Source of the DNA: Candidatus Nealsonbacteria bacterium
GTDB lineage: Bacteria > Patescibacteriota > Minisyncoccia > Minisyncoccales > MHMH01
NCBI GenBank assembly: GCA_016188865.1
Contig: JACPGX010000001.1
Span: forward strand, 77,197 to 141,196
Reading direction: 5' to 3'
DNA: 64,000 nt
The translations under genes were made by a program, and so were the position numbers. Below, in pieces: positions 10,086 to 20,543 of this stretch. Every line of letters begins with the position of its first letter. Position 1 is the first letter of the stretch. Below the pieces are notes generated by a model that saw only the letters and a list, made by a program, of their open reading frames with translations, had not been told where the DNA came from and did not search any database.

Positions 10086-10106
10086 TATCAAGAGGGGTTT
10101 TATATT
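10064..10106 (+). terminator. Intrinsic terminator, cassette 2
   Basis: AAAACCCCTCGA..TCAAGAGGGGTTTT. Confidence 0.7.
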
Positions 10107-10111
10107 TAATA

Positions 10112-10144
10112 AAAATAGGTCGAGAACCGTTCTCGACCTATTTT
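10112..10144. repeat. REP palindrome at the RAYT 3' end
   Basis: AAAATAGGTCGAGAA-CCG-TTCTCGACCTATTTT. Confidence 0.9.
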
Positions 10145-10145
10145 C

Positions 10146-10868
10146 TTATTCTATGGCTACTTCTTTATAATCTGCTAATTCTTTTTTATGCTGCAGCCAA
10201 TCGTTAACAAATCTTTTAGCCTCTCTTATCTCACCGATTGTTTCTAATAAAAATTCCCTGCTGGTAACCGATGGAAAATTCTTATTTCCTAAATAATCCG
10301 GATAGCTCGACCAGCGATATTGTTCTTCAAGGAATTGTATTACTTTATTTAAATCTTTAATTTTAATTCCTTCTTCTTTCCATTTTGGACAAATAATCGC
10401 TACCGGATTGGTGTGAATATAAACGAAAACCGTTAATAACTGCCTATCATCTTTAACGTGAACAATCCTATATTTTCCTTGAAACAAATGCCCGCTTCTT
10501 TGATATTTCTTATTATAATAACCGCCGTATCCCGCACCGATTTTTCGCATAAATTTACTAATTCCGCCATCTTTGAGCTGTCTCACTAATAAATGCACAT
10601 GATTAGGCATTAAACAAAACGCCAAAATCTCAACTAAAAGCTTCCTCGGCTCTCTCCTTTCCCGCGGTAATGAGTCGAGAACCGTTCTCGACCTATTTAC
10701 GGTATTCCTGAAAGACGATAATACTGAAACTTCGTTATTAAACTCGAATAAATCATGGACCATTCGAAAATTATCTTTCTCCTCTCGAAAAAGTTTTAAA
10801 CCTTCTATGGCGCGGATAACTATATGGTATATTTCTCCGTTAGATAATGGCGGACGTTTTATCGGCAT
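10146..10868 (-). mobile_element. REP-associated tyrosine transposase (RAYT, Y1 HUH family); likely start MPIKRPP
   Basis: YHIVIR, FCLMPNHVHLL (HUH), GHLFQGKY, YIHTNPV, YRWSSY; REP palindromes on both sides. Confidence 0.9.
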
Positions 10869-10875
10869 AATATAG

Positions 10876-10894
10876 GTCGAGAACGGTTCTCGAC
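10876..10894. repeat. REP palindrome at the RAYT 5' end (opposite orientation)
   Basis: GTCGAGAA-CGG-TTCTCGAC. Confidence 0.85.
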
Positions 10895-10959
10895 TCATTT
10901 CTATTTTACAAAAAAAGCCTGCCTAAAGCAAGCTGGAATAAACGCGGTTAGACCGCGTT

Positions 10960-11415
10960 TCACTCGATTTTGAGGATTTTATATTGAGCGATGCCTTTGG
11001 GAGTTTTGACTTCAACGACAGCCCCTTTTGATTGATTCAAAAAGGCCTTGCCTAATGGAGAATTAATGGAAATTTTGCCGGCTAAAGGATCGGCTTCTTC
11101 TACTCCGACTATCTTAAACTCCTCTTTTCCCGAGCCAGAGCTGACTAAAACCGTAGAGCCCACTTGGGCATACGATCCATCGCTTCCCTTGGGGGCAACG
11201 ACGGCATTGCGAATTAAATCTTCCAACTCTAAAATTCTACCTTCTACAAAGGCCTGTTCTTCTTTCGTTTCATGATATTCAGCATTCTCAGTCAGATCGC
11301 CAAAAGAAATGCATTTTTCCAAACGCTCGGCAATCTCTTTGCGTTTAATATTCTTTAAATGTCCCAGTTCTTTTTTCAATTTTTCTAAACCTTCAAAGGT
11401 AAGATATTCCCCCAT
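10960..11415 (-). CDS. greA: Transcription elongation factor GreA
   Basis: GDLTENAEY, ISINSPLGKA. Confidence 0.95.
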   Translation of the reverse strand: MGEYLTFEGLEKLKKELGHLKNIKRKEIAERLEKCISFGDLTENAEYHETKEEQAFVEGRILELEDLIRNAVVAPKGSDGSYAQVGSTVLVSSGSGKEEFKIVGVEEADPLAGKISINSPLGKAFLNQSKGAVVEVKTPKGIAQYKILKIE

Positions 11416-11444
11416 AATTATTTAAGATATTATCCAATAATAAT

Positions 11445-13232
11445 CTACTGGGTATCTTTGTCAAGTGTGGAAAAATACCAGTCCAAAACTTCCCTAGCTA
11501 TAGGCAGGGCGGCGGCCCGATCCCCTTCAACTTTCTCAACGAGAATAGTCAGCACTATTTGCGGATCATCGTAAGGAGCAAAAACTGTTACCCAATTGTT
11601 GCGATAATCTCCCCCCACTTCCGCTGTGCCGGTTTTAGCGGCGGCAGGAACCGGCAAAGAATTCAGAATCACGCTGGAAGCGTGCAGACTATTTTTTCCG
11701 GTAACAGCCTGCCGCATTCCTTCCCTGACTATTTGAAGATTTTCAGGATCAATAAAGTTTTCTCTAATAACTTCCGGCTGAAAATTTATTATGATATTTT
11801 TTTGGGAATCAACAATTTGATAGACTGCTTGGGGCTTTAAAAGCTTACCGCCATTAGCTATAGCAGCAAAAGAAGAAGCTACTTCCAACGGAGTGATTAA
11901 TAAATAACCCTGCCCGATTGAAAGGTTGTAGGTATCGCCATCCCACCAATTAATACCTAATGTATTCTTTTTCCATTCTTTATCCGGAATAAATCCCTGA
12001 GATTCTCCGGGCAAATCAATGCCGGTAAACTCCCCCCAGCCGAAAAGTTCCAAATAGTTTTTTATTTTAGTCGGCCCCAAACCCTTTTGTTCTCCATATC
12101 CGCCCCCAACGGTATAGAAATAGACATTGCATGATTCAGCAATAGCTTTTTTGATATTTGACCAGCCATGAACGTCCCAATCTTTTTTAATGGTGGGATT
12201 ATCGGAATCCCACGGATTAGGAATAACAATTTTTCCTCCGCAATAAATTTCTTTTTCCGGATCAATTATTTTTTCCTGTAAAACAGCGGAAGCAACCAAA
12301 GGCTTGATCGTAGAGCCTATCAGGTATCTGCCCGAAATCGCCCGATTATATAAAGGATCTCCGGCATTAGCCTGAAGTTTCTGCCACTGTTCTGCCGACA
12401 AACTCTGACTAAAAAGATTATTATCAAAACTCGGATAACTAAACAGCGCCATCACTCCTCCTGTTTTAGGATTTAAAGCTACGGCCGCTCCGCCTTTAGC
12501 CCCCAATCTCGTAATTGCCGATTCAAGAGAAGCTGCAATTTTCTTCTGCAGCCCGGAATTCAGCCAAAGAATTAAATTATTGCCAGACTCCGGCTCGGAA
12601 GCAACTTTCTGTGAAATAAAATTGCCCCGAGCATCCCTCTCAACCTGTATATTCCCCGCCTTCGACTCAAGAATATTATTATAATATTCCTCAAGGCCGG
12701 CCATTTCGCCCATTTGCCTTTGGTAGCCGATCAAATGGGCGAACAAAAATCCCGAGAGGTACTCTCTCACGGTATTGTCTTCAACTTCACAGCCCGGATA
12801 TTCTTCAGGGCTGGTTTTTAATTTCAGTAAAGTTTGATGGTCTATATTCTCAATCATTAATTTGCCGGAACAGATAAAATTAAAACTGGGTTTGTTAAAA
12901 ACAAGCTGCTCAAAATTTTTATCATAAATAACTCCTCTTTCCGCCCGAATTGTTTTAACTATAAACTTATTTCTTTGCGATAATTCAGTGAAAGTCTTGC
13001 CTTCTATAATTTGCAGTTGGAATGTCCTGCCAAAAAAGATAAAAAATAAAACTACTATCCCGGCCCAAACTATTCGAAAGACTTTTTGAGAAATCGGAGT
13101 TTCTAATTTTTTGCCGGAAATGCCTATTTCTCTTTCTTTTTTCTGCGCTAAAGAATCTAAAAGAACCTCCTGGGGCTCTATTTCTCTCTTAAATTTCTCT
13201 ATTATAAATTTATCAAAAGGCGACTTGGACAT
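11445..13232 (-). CDS. mrdA: Penicillin-binding protein 2
   Basis: STIK (SxxK), SCN (SxN), KTGT; adjacent to mreCD. Confidence 0.9.
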   Translation of the reverse strand: MSKSPFDKFIIEKFKREIEPQEVLLDSLAQKKEREIGISGKKLETPISQKVFRIVWAGIVVLFFIFFGRTFQLQIIEGKTFTELSQRNKFIVKTIRAERGVIYDKNFEQLVFNKPSFNFICSGKLMIENIDHQTLLKLKTSPEEYPGCEVEDNTVREYLSGFLFAHLIGYQRQMGEMAGLEEYYNNILESKAGNIQVERDARGNFISQKVASEPESGNNLILWLNSGLQKKIAASLESAITRLGAKGGAAVALNPKTGGVMALFSYPSFDNNLFSQSLSAEQWQKLQANAGDPLYNRAISGRYLIGSTIKPLVASAVLQEKIIDPEKEIYCGGKIVIPNPWDSDNPTIKKDWDVHGWSNIKKAIAESCNVYFYTVGGGYGEQKGLGPTKIKNYLELFGWGEFTGIDLPGESQGFIPDKEWKKNTLGINWWDGDTYNLSIGQGYLLITPLEVASSFAAIANGGKLLKPQAVYQIVDSQKNIIINFQPEVIRENFIDPENLQIVREGMRQAVTGKNSLHASSVILNSLPVPAAAKTGTAEVGGDYRNNWVTVFAPYDDPQIVLTILVEKVEGDRAAALPIAREVLDWYFSTLDKDTQ

Positions 13233-13503
13233 ATCTTTTTAAAACCAGCCTTATAAATAATGAAATTCCCAATAAAATCAAAACATTGAATCCGAAAAAA
13301 TAACTTGAGAAAATATCTAAAAAAAATCCTCCGAAAAAAGCTGAAAATACACTCCAAGGCGGCAGAAAAAAAGCTAAAAAAATAACTGCAACAAATATAA
13401 GATTGGGGGTAATTCCGAAAATGCTAAAATGCGGCAAAAAACTAATCTGTAAAAGAGATAAAAAATAAAAAAGAGGGACAATAATAATAGTTTTTGCAAA
13501 CAT
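13213..13503 (-). CDS. mreD: Short MreD-like membrane protein
   Basis: PNL, GGFFLDIFS..FG; between mreC and mrdA. Confidence 0.7.
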   Translation of the reverse strand: MFAKTIIIVPLFYFLSLLQISFLPHFSIFGITPNLIFVAVIFLAFFLPPWSVFSAFFGGFFLDIFSSYFFGFNVLILLGISLFIRLVLKRYVQVAF

Positions 13504-13504
13504 T

Positions 13505-14269
13505 TTAAAAATTTAAAACGACAAATGCTTTGTCCAGATTCGAAATATCAAAAAACGGAGAAACTTCAGCCCGTTGGAAGGGGCTGACATCTATTCTCTT
13601 AATTCCTTTCACTATTCCCACTAAAAATCCTCGAAAAGCAACTAAATCCCCCTCTTTAATTTCGCTTTCTTTGGGGATAAGATCGATAAAAACTTTAAAA
13701 TCGCCAGAACCCTTCAACAGCCCGGCAGCATTCCTGCCGGATATTGCAACTTCAAGCTGGCTTTTTTTATCGGAGATAAGTAAAACTCTTGAATAGTGCT
13801 GATAAATCTCTACAACATTGCCAATCAAAACCTTCTGTGAAGTAATCAAGGGCATTCCCTTGGCAATTCCATCTCCCAGCCCCTTATCTACCAAGATAAC
13901 ATCATTGTTAACCTCTTTGCCGATTATTTCAGCTAATTCCAGCTTAAATTCTTTTTGCAGCCCGATACCCATAGCCTCTCTAAGGTGCTTGTTTTCTTTT
14001 TCTAATTCCTGAAAAGAATTTTGCAAAAATAACAAGTCCTGAATTTTAAAATTCAATTCTTTATTTTCTTTCTCCAAATTTCTCGCATTCAAAAATGACC
14101 CGAAAAAATCAGCTGTTTTACCGCCGGTTTGCCAAAACATTTTCGAGAAAGGCTGAGAGCTGGAATAAAAAAATCCCTTCGCTTCTTTCTGGAAAAAATT
14201 TAAGGTTAAAATAACGGCTGTCCCAATAATTATGAATATTGCTATTCTTTTTGCAGCTGTAAACTTCAT
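13505..14269 (-). CDS. mreC: Rod shape-determining protein MreC
   Basis: TM, coiled coil (LEKENKHLRE), VDKG..DGI, SRVLLISD. Confidence 0.9.
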   Translation of the reverse strand: MKFTAAKRIAIFIIIGTAVILTLNFFQKEAKGFFYSSSQPFSKMFWQTGGKTADFFGSFLNARNLEKENKELNFKIQDLLFLQNSFQELEKENKHLREAMGIGLQKEFKLELAEIIGKEVNNDVILVDKGLGDGIAKGMPLITSQKVLIGNVVEIYQHYSRVLLISDKKSQLEVAISGRNAAGLLKGSGDFKVFIDLIPKESEIKEGDLVAFRGFLVGIVKGIKRIDVSPFQRAEVSPFFDISNLDKAFVVLNF

Positions 14270-14315
14270 ACTTAAACCATTTTACTCCGAATGTTTGCAA
14301 AATAAAAGAGGCGGA

Positions 14316-14540
14316 TTATTTCCGTCTCTTTTTTCTTTCTTTCAGCCAAGCTTCAATTTCTTCTTTGCCGGTTATCCACTTTTCTCCTATTTTGAGCTCC
14401 GGCCTCACTTTGCCGCTCGATTCTACTACCTTAAACGGCACTTTGTTTTTTCGGAGCAACTCTACAACATACTGACTCTCCGAAGTCAGGCTTCCGTTGC
14501 TCCTGCGATCCACATACAATTCATACGACTCTTCTGGCAT
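14316..14540 (-). CDS. Small hypothetical protein (glutaredoxin-like pattern without Cys)
   Basis: GGGAGG SD and own TTGACA-17-TATACT promoter. Confidence 0.6.
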   Translation of the reverse strand: MPEESYELYVDRRSNGSLTSESQYVVELLRKNKVPFKVVESSGKVRPELKIGEKWITGKEEIEAWLKERKKRRK

Positions 14541-14612
14541 GCCTTTACCTCCCTTTTAACTTACTAAGAAAGTATACTCTAAAAAGAAAATTTTGTCAAT
14601 ATAAAAGGCGCT

Positions 14613-14725
14613 TTGGTGGCAGCTACCTACTTTCGCCCATAAAGGACTATCATCGGCCTTAAGCTATTTCACTTCCGTGTTCGAAATGGGAACGGGTGGG
14701 ACAAGCTCAGTATAGCCGCCACCAA
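14613..14725 (-). rRNA. rrf: 5S rRNA
   Basis: Terminal helix TTGGTGGC/GCCACCAA; CCCGTTCCCATTTCGAACACGGAAGTGAA on the minus strand. Confidence 0.95.
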
Positions 14726-15029
14726 AACGCCTAATAACGCAATCAATAATTGCCAGCTAATTTGTAGATAAAAAGCTTTACCTATTAGTACTCCTCGGCT
14801 TAACCCATTGCTGGGCTTACACCTAGAGCCTATCAACCCTGTCATCTACAGGGGGTTAATGAATCCTAATCTTGGGGTGGGCTTCGAGCTTAGATGCTTT
14901 CAGCTCTTATCCCTTCCCGACTTAGCTACCCAGCAATGCTCCTGGCGGAACAGCTGGTACACCAGAGGTCAGTTCCTCGAGGTCCTCTCGTACTGTCGAG
15001 GACTCCCCTCAAGATTCGACGCCTGCGGT

Positions 15030-15060
<31 letters not shown>

Positions 15061-15141
15061 GAACCCAGCTCACGTACCTCTTTAACATCGAGGTGCCGAA
15101 CAGGGCCGTTGATATGGACTCGCGGGCCCTACTAGCCTGTT

Positions 15142-16024
15142 CATAGTTAATTTTAGTTAACCATAGACTATATCTTCACCCGCCTAAATATAAATTTTTG
15201 GCGGGGGCGGCGTATGAACTAAATTTTAATTTTAGTTCTCACCCATTTAAGGGATCAGTCGTTACGGGGTCAAGAAGAAATTTTATAATTAAATGTTGGC
15301 AGAATAAATGATCGTATTGTTTGGTGCAACTTAATGGTTTCTTTTGGCGAAAAATAAAGAGCGAATCCTTTTTGTTTTTTATCTAATATTCTGCACAAAA
15401 CATGAAAATTATTTTCAATTGCTGTTTTGGCAATTTCGGCCTCTTTTTCTTGAACTCTCCCTAAATATAGATAGCTTACTTTATCGCGATGATAATAATA
15501 GCCATCATCCATATACCAAACGGCTAAAGCTAAAGAATCTTTTAAGAGATTGCTAAGCTGTTCTGGTATGCGTTTTTTTCCTTCTTTGTAAAATATTGCT
15601 CGCCATTTTCCCAATTCCGGAGTGGAATTGGACTGGTGGCGCCAATATTTATATAACTTGCCGCTTATGGGATGTTTTCGTTCAAGATATTTTGGCTCGC
15701 CTTGGAATAATTTTGGAAATTTGTTTATTTTCCAGAAAAGATAATCTTTTTGATTATCGCCATGTTCAAAACGCAAACGTGAATTTTTCTCTCCAGTTTT
15801 CTGCAAATAAGCATCTCCCAAAATTGTTCCTATAAGAATTGATTTTTGCTCTCTATTAAACTTCACAAATTTTTCTTCTGACTTCCCACGGTGTTGAAAG
15901 AACTCAAAACCTTTTTGTCAAAGGAAGACCAGTTCTTGTTTCACCGTTATAAGCCACTTTAAACTATATCTTATTACTAAGACATAGAGACAACAACCTC
16001 TGTGATTATTATATCACGAGGTTC
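15142..16024 (-). mobile_element. Group I intron at E. coli-equivalent L2449
   Basis: Interrupts GGGGAU^AACAGG, follows a U, ends in G, has the AAGATATAGTC core motif. Confidence 0.9.
15270..15866 (-). CDS. Intron-encoded two-motif LAGLIDADG homing endonuclease
   Basis: LIGTILGDAYL and LAVWYMDDG. Confidence 0.9.
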   Translation of the reverse strand: MKFNREQKSILIGTILGDAYLQKTGEKNSRLRFEHGDNQKDYLFWKINKFPKLFQGEPKYLERKHPISGKLYKYWRHQSNSTPELGKWRAIFYKEGKKRIPEQLSNLLKDSLALAVWYMDDGYYYHRDKVSYLYLGRVQEKEAEIAKTAIENNFHVLCRILDKKQKGFALYFSPKETIKLHQTIRSFILPTFNYKISS

Positions 16025-16532
16025 ATCCCCGGGGTAACTTTTGGTTGATGATCTTCTGCGGTTCTACGAACCACAGTCGGTTCACTAAGTTCGAGTTTCC
16101 TCTCTGCGCGGCATATCCGCCTTGCAGTCAAGCCGGCTTGCGCCTTTACGCTATCAGTCCGATTTCCATCCGGACCTAGCCGACCTTATAAACTTCTCCG
16201 TTACTTTTTAGGAGAAAAGCGCCCCACTTAAACTGCCCACCAGACACTGTCTCCCCTTGCGGGGGTTAGGATGATGGATTCAAAAGACGGGTGTTTCATT
16301 GTTGGCTCCATGCCTCCCGAAAGAAGCACTTCAAAGCCTACCCGCTACACTACGCATTCAAAACCAAAATTCAATATCTAGCTACAGTAAAGCTCCCGGG
16401 GTCTTTCCGTCTAGCCGCAGGTAACCGGCATCTTTACCGGTATTGCATTTTCACCGGGCAACTCCTGGAGACAGTTCCCAAGTCGTTAAACCTTTCATGC
16501 GGGCCAGAACTTACCTGGCAAGGGGTTACGCT

Positions 16533-17249
16533 CAATCTGTTATATCCACAATACATTTGTGGAATTCTTTATGTCGCCATAAAGTTCGGACTATATCTTC
16601 CCGCCCAAATATTCAATTTTCGGCGGGTTCGGCGTATAGTCTCTGAGGATTCTTTAATTTATCGGAATTTTCTATTATTCATCTCTCTCACCATCAATCT
16701 TATTTTAGCCAATCCTTCCTCTCGGAGATGTCTTCCTTTTCCCATCATTTTTACAATTTTAGTAAAAATATGGAAATCTTTTTTCTTGGCAGATAATAAT
16801 TGATATTTTTCGAAAAATGGAATAATTTTCGTGAGTAAATCTACACGATTACGTACTACGTATTTTAGAAGATGTTCGTGATGGTTATCGTGTCTTTTAT
16901 TCAGATAGATTGCTCCGCAATTAAAGAAATTTTTAATTTTCTCTATTGCGGCTTTACTTTTCATTTCTTGCGTAATTACAAACTCTGGAAATACTTGCCA
17001 TTTTAGGCGCAATCTTGATTTGGGATGTTTAAAGAAACTTACAGTAAAACATCCTTCTCCATCAACAAACCCAACTATCCATCCAATAAATTTAAGCCTT
17101 TCCTGCTGATTGTCTGCACCGGATGATTTTTTACTTAACATAATGGATGGTAAGGTATATTACTACCTTACTCTATTATATCAAAGTAGCACCGGATACA
17201 CCAGATTTTCCAGCATATAGCCGAATTTTACTAAAGCAGTGCGTTATCT
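16533..17249 (-). mobile_element. Group I intron at E. coli-equivalent L1931
   Basis: Interrupts UAAAGU^AGCG, ends in G, has CAGAGACTA and AAGATATAGTCC core motifs. Confidence 0.9.
16659..17141 (-). CDS. Intron-encoded single-motif LAGLIDADG homing endonuclease
   Basis: WIVGFVDGEGCF, EFVITQ, IIPFFEKYQL. Confidence 0.92.
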   Translation of the reverse strand: MLSKKSSGADNQQERLKFIGWIVGFVDGEGCFTVSFFKHPKSRLRLKWQVFPEFVITQEMKSKAAIEKIKNFFNCGAIYLNKRHDNHHEHLLKYVVRNRVDLLTKIIPFFEKYQLLSAKKKDFHIFTKIVKMMGKGRHLREEGLAKIRLMVREMNNRKFR

Positions 17250-19386
17250 ACTTTAACACAGTTATAGTTACTGCGGACGTTCACTGGCGCTTAGGACGCT
17301 CAGCTCACACCTTGCGGCATGAACCGGCATCTTTAACGTTCCAGCACTGGTCAGGTTTCGGCCCCTATACATCCTCTTGCGAGTTGAGCAGGGACCTGTG
17401 TTTTTGATAAACAGTCGCTTGGGATACTTTTGTTGCAGCCTCAAATCCTTGCGGACTGAGGCAGGCCTTATCGCGAACTTACGGCCACTTTTTTGCCGAG
17501 TTCCTTCAGGAGCTTTCACCCGTTCACCTTGGCGCATTTACGCCTGCCTACCTGTGTCGGTTTGCGGTACGGAACCAGTTAAATAGTATACTTAAAACTT
17601 TTCTTGGCAATCTTATTTTTAAGACTTCCGCTTGCGCGGAATAAAAATCCAATAATTTTCTCAAAAATTTTGACTGCGTCATCTTAAGATTATTTAACCG
17701 GTGGGCCGGAATATTAACCGGCTATCCATCTCTCGCTACCATTGGTAACAAAATTAGGACCGCCTAACCCTTGGCTGAATGTCATTGCCAAGGAAACCTC
17801 AGGCTTACGGTGTCCCGCGCTTTCAGCGGGATTGTGGTTACTCAAGCCAATATTCTCACTTCATAACGCTCCATGGTTGGTCACCCTTCCACTTCACAGC
17901 ATTATGAACGCTCCCCTACCCCGAGCATTCAATAAATTGAATACTCAGTCTTATCTTCGGTGCTGAGCTTAGTCCCGTATATCTTCGACGCGGGATCCCT
18001 TAGTTAGTAAGCTATTACGCACTTTTTAAAGGATAGCTGCTTCTAAGCTAACCTCCTAACTATCAAAGGAACCCCACTTCCTTGTAAACACTTAGCTCAT
18101 CTTAGGGACCTTAGATTAAGATCTGGGCTGTTTCCCTCATGACCTCGAAGCTTAGCCCTCGAAGTCTTACTATCCGCCTAAATTTTCTGGCATTCGGAGT
18201 TTAGTAGGAATACCTGGAGAAACTCCAAGATATTCCTTCTAGTGCTCTACCTCCAAAAAATAATGATGGCGGACGCTAGCCCTAAAGCTATTTCGGGGAG
18301 AACCAGCTATTACCAAGCTCGTTTAGGTTTTCTCTTCTTACCACAACTCATCCAAGAGTATTGCACGGCTCACTGGTTCGGACCTCCCCTCGCATTTCTG
18401 CGAAGTTCATCCTGGTTATGGTAAGCTCGCTTGGCTTCGGGTCTTACGCGCGCTCCTAATCGGGCTATTAACCCTTGCTTTCACTTTGCCTTCCTCCGTT
18501 TAACGGAGTTAGACTTGGAGCACACATAAACTCGTTGGCTCGTTCTGCAAAAAGCACGACGTCACCCTAAACCCTTGCGGGTCGCGGGCTCCGTCTCGTT
18601 GTGGGTAAAACGGTTTCAGGTTCTATTTCACCGCCCTTAACGGGCTACTTTTCACCTTTCCCTCACGGTACTGGTTCACTATCGGAGATATCGTAGTATT
18701 TAGCCTTGGCCGAGTAGTTCGGCCGGATTCCTTCAAAGCTTTCGTGCTTCGAAGTACTTAAGAAAAGTATCAAGGAGCATAAAGCCGTTTTCGCTTACGG
18801 GACTATTACCCTCTATGGTTGTCCTTTCCAGGAACATTCAACTAACGAAGCTTCACCTAAATGTTCTCCCTCCGGATTGCTCCGGACAATACTCCCTTGC
18901 AACACCACTCAATGCTTCTTGCGAAGCATAAAATGGTTTAGGCTGTTGCCCTTTCGCTCGCCGCTACTAAGGCAATAAAATTATTTTTCTTTTCCTCTGG
19001 GTACTATGATGTTTCGCTTCCCCAGGTTCGCCCCAGATACAATACTGCATCTGGCGGCCGAGTTTTAGCTCGGCCCTGTTTCCAGATTCGGAAATTCCCG
19101 GATCAAAGGTTGAGAGTCACCTCCCCGAGACTTATCGCAGACTCCCCACGTCCTTCATCGCCTCGATATCCCAAGGCATCCACCGTTTACCCTTAAATGC
19201 AATTTTTACCTACATTAGCTAGCAATTAATAATTGCGTTATTAATTGTTATATTCAATTTTTAATGTCCATCATAATAAAAATAAAAAACCGCTTGCGAA
19301 GCGGTTCCACAAGGTAAAATAAAGCCCCTGGAGTCACCCGCTTCTTTTGTAAGTAATGGTTTTTATATTTATCATGGTCAAGTCCA

Positions 19387-19414
19387 ATTATAGCAAAGCA
19401 AAAACCCCTGTCAA
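19387..19414 (-). promoter_or_regulatory. Promoter of the 23S-5S unit
   Basis: TTGACA-16 bp-TATAAT about 180 nt upstream of the 23S. Confidence 0.8.
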
Positions 19415-19923
19415 TAGACGGGGTTTTTAATAACTTCTTTCCTGGGAATTACTTCATCAATATGGCGAATCTCCCAGGGATACAATGTGTTACAATATTT
19501 CAAGTTCGCGAATTCCATGACATCTTCCTGGCGGGTGAAATAAAGATATGACACTTCAGATCTAGGATTCAAACCTATGGGCCCGTCAGCTACAATCTCC
19601 CAATTTCCTTTTGCCTCATAAGAAAGGATGCCCATATCTTTCAGAAGAGAATGCAATCTTTCTCGCTGACCATAAAATTCCCCTGTATTAAAATGTTCTC
19701 TATAACGCTGCCAATTTACTTTGGGCTTGCCGTCAACCACTTCAATAAATTCCTTGGCGTCTCGCTCAAAACCTTCTATCCACTCCGCTTTGGCGCACTC
19801 ATTACATAATCCGCTCCATTTAAAAATCTTTATTTGCATACCCAGATGAACGAATGAAAAATCTGCGCCTTTTCCGCTGACTTTATTTTTCTTGCACTTG
19901 TAACACAAGTCTACTTTCTCCAT
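19411..19923 (-). CDS. Hypothetical protein with two CxxC pairs
   Basis: AAAGGAGG SD; CYKC, CNEC. Confidence 0.7.
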   Translation of the reverse strand: MEKVDLCYKCKKNKVSGKGADFSFVHLGMQIKIFKWSGLCNECAKAEWIEGFERDAKEFIEVVDGKPKVNWQRYREHFNTGEFYGQRERLHSLLKDMGILSYEAKGNWEIVADGPIGLNPRSEVSYLYFTRQEDVMEFANLKYCNTLYPWEIRHIDEVIPRKEVIKNPVY

Positions 19924-19987
19924 TAATTCCTCCTTTTGTTAAAGATCTACATTTAGATTATAAAGTTTTCCAAATAAAGTCGATAGT

Positions 19988-20410
19988 TTAAAAAAGCGTT
20001 TGAGTTTTAGCTTTGTTATCCAGGATTTCATTGACGAGCCGGTCGGCTTGCTTGTTTTTTTCGCGAGGAATAAGAATAAATTTAACTTTGCCGAAATCTA
20101 TTTTTAAATTCCAAACTTCAATGAAAAGTTGTTGAATCCTCGGTTCAGAAATTTTATATTCACCGTTTAATTGTCTTACCAAAAGTTCGGAATCAGACCT
20201 TAATTCCACTTCTGCTTCTTTTATTCTCTCTTTACCAAAAAGCGCTTTTGATTTCTTTAGGGCAAAAATTACGGCTTTATATTCTGCCTCGTTGTTTGTG
20301 CCATCGCCAATAAACTCTGCGTATCCCCTGCCATTTATAATCGCTCCGATTGCCGAGGGTCCGGGATTGCCTCTAGACCCGCCGTCAGTGTAAACAATTA
20401 TTTTATCCAT
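19988..20410 (-). CDS. rnhA: Ribonuclease HI family protein
   Basis: YTDGGSRGNPGP, TNNEAEY, SDSEL, NKQADRL. Confidence 0.93.
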   Translation of the reverse strand: MDKIIVYTDGGSRGNPGPSAIGAIINGRGYAEFIGDGTNNEAEYKAVIFALKKSKALFGKERIKEAEVELRSDSELLVRQLNGEYKISEPRIQQLFIEVWNLKIDFGKVKFILIPREKNKQADRLVNEILDNKAKTQTLF

Positions 20411-20543
20411 ATTTTTATTCTACCCTTCGACGCGGCTCAGAGCAAGTCCAAATTTGAAAGCCGCTGCTTTTGCAAAGGCGAAATTTGATTTTATTTTAAT
20501 ATTAAATTAAAATAATGATAGCTCTTTTAAAAAGAGGTGGAAA

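Noticed and set aside
6742..10894. CRISPR array reading of the repeated palindromes
   Set aside because: Spacing is irregular, orientations are mixed and there is no repeat-spacer periodicity
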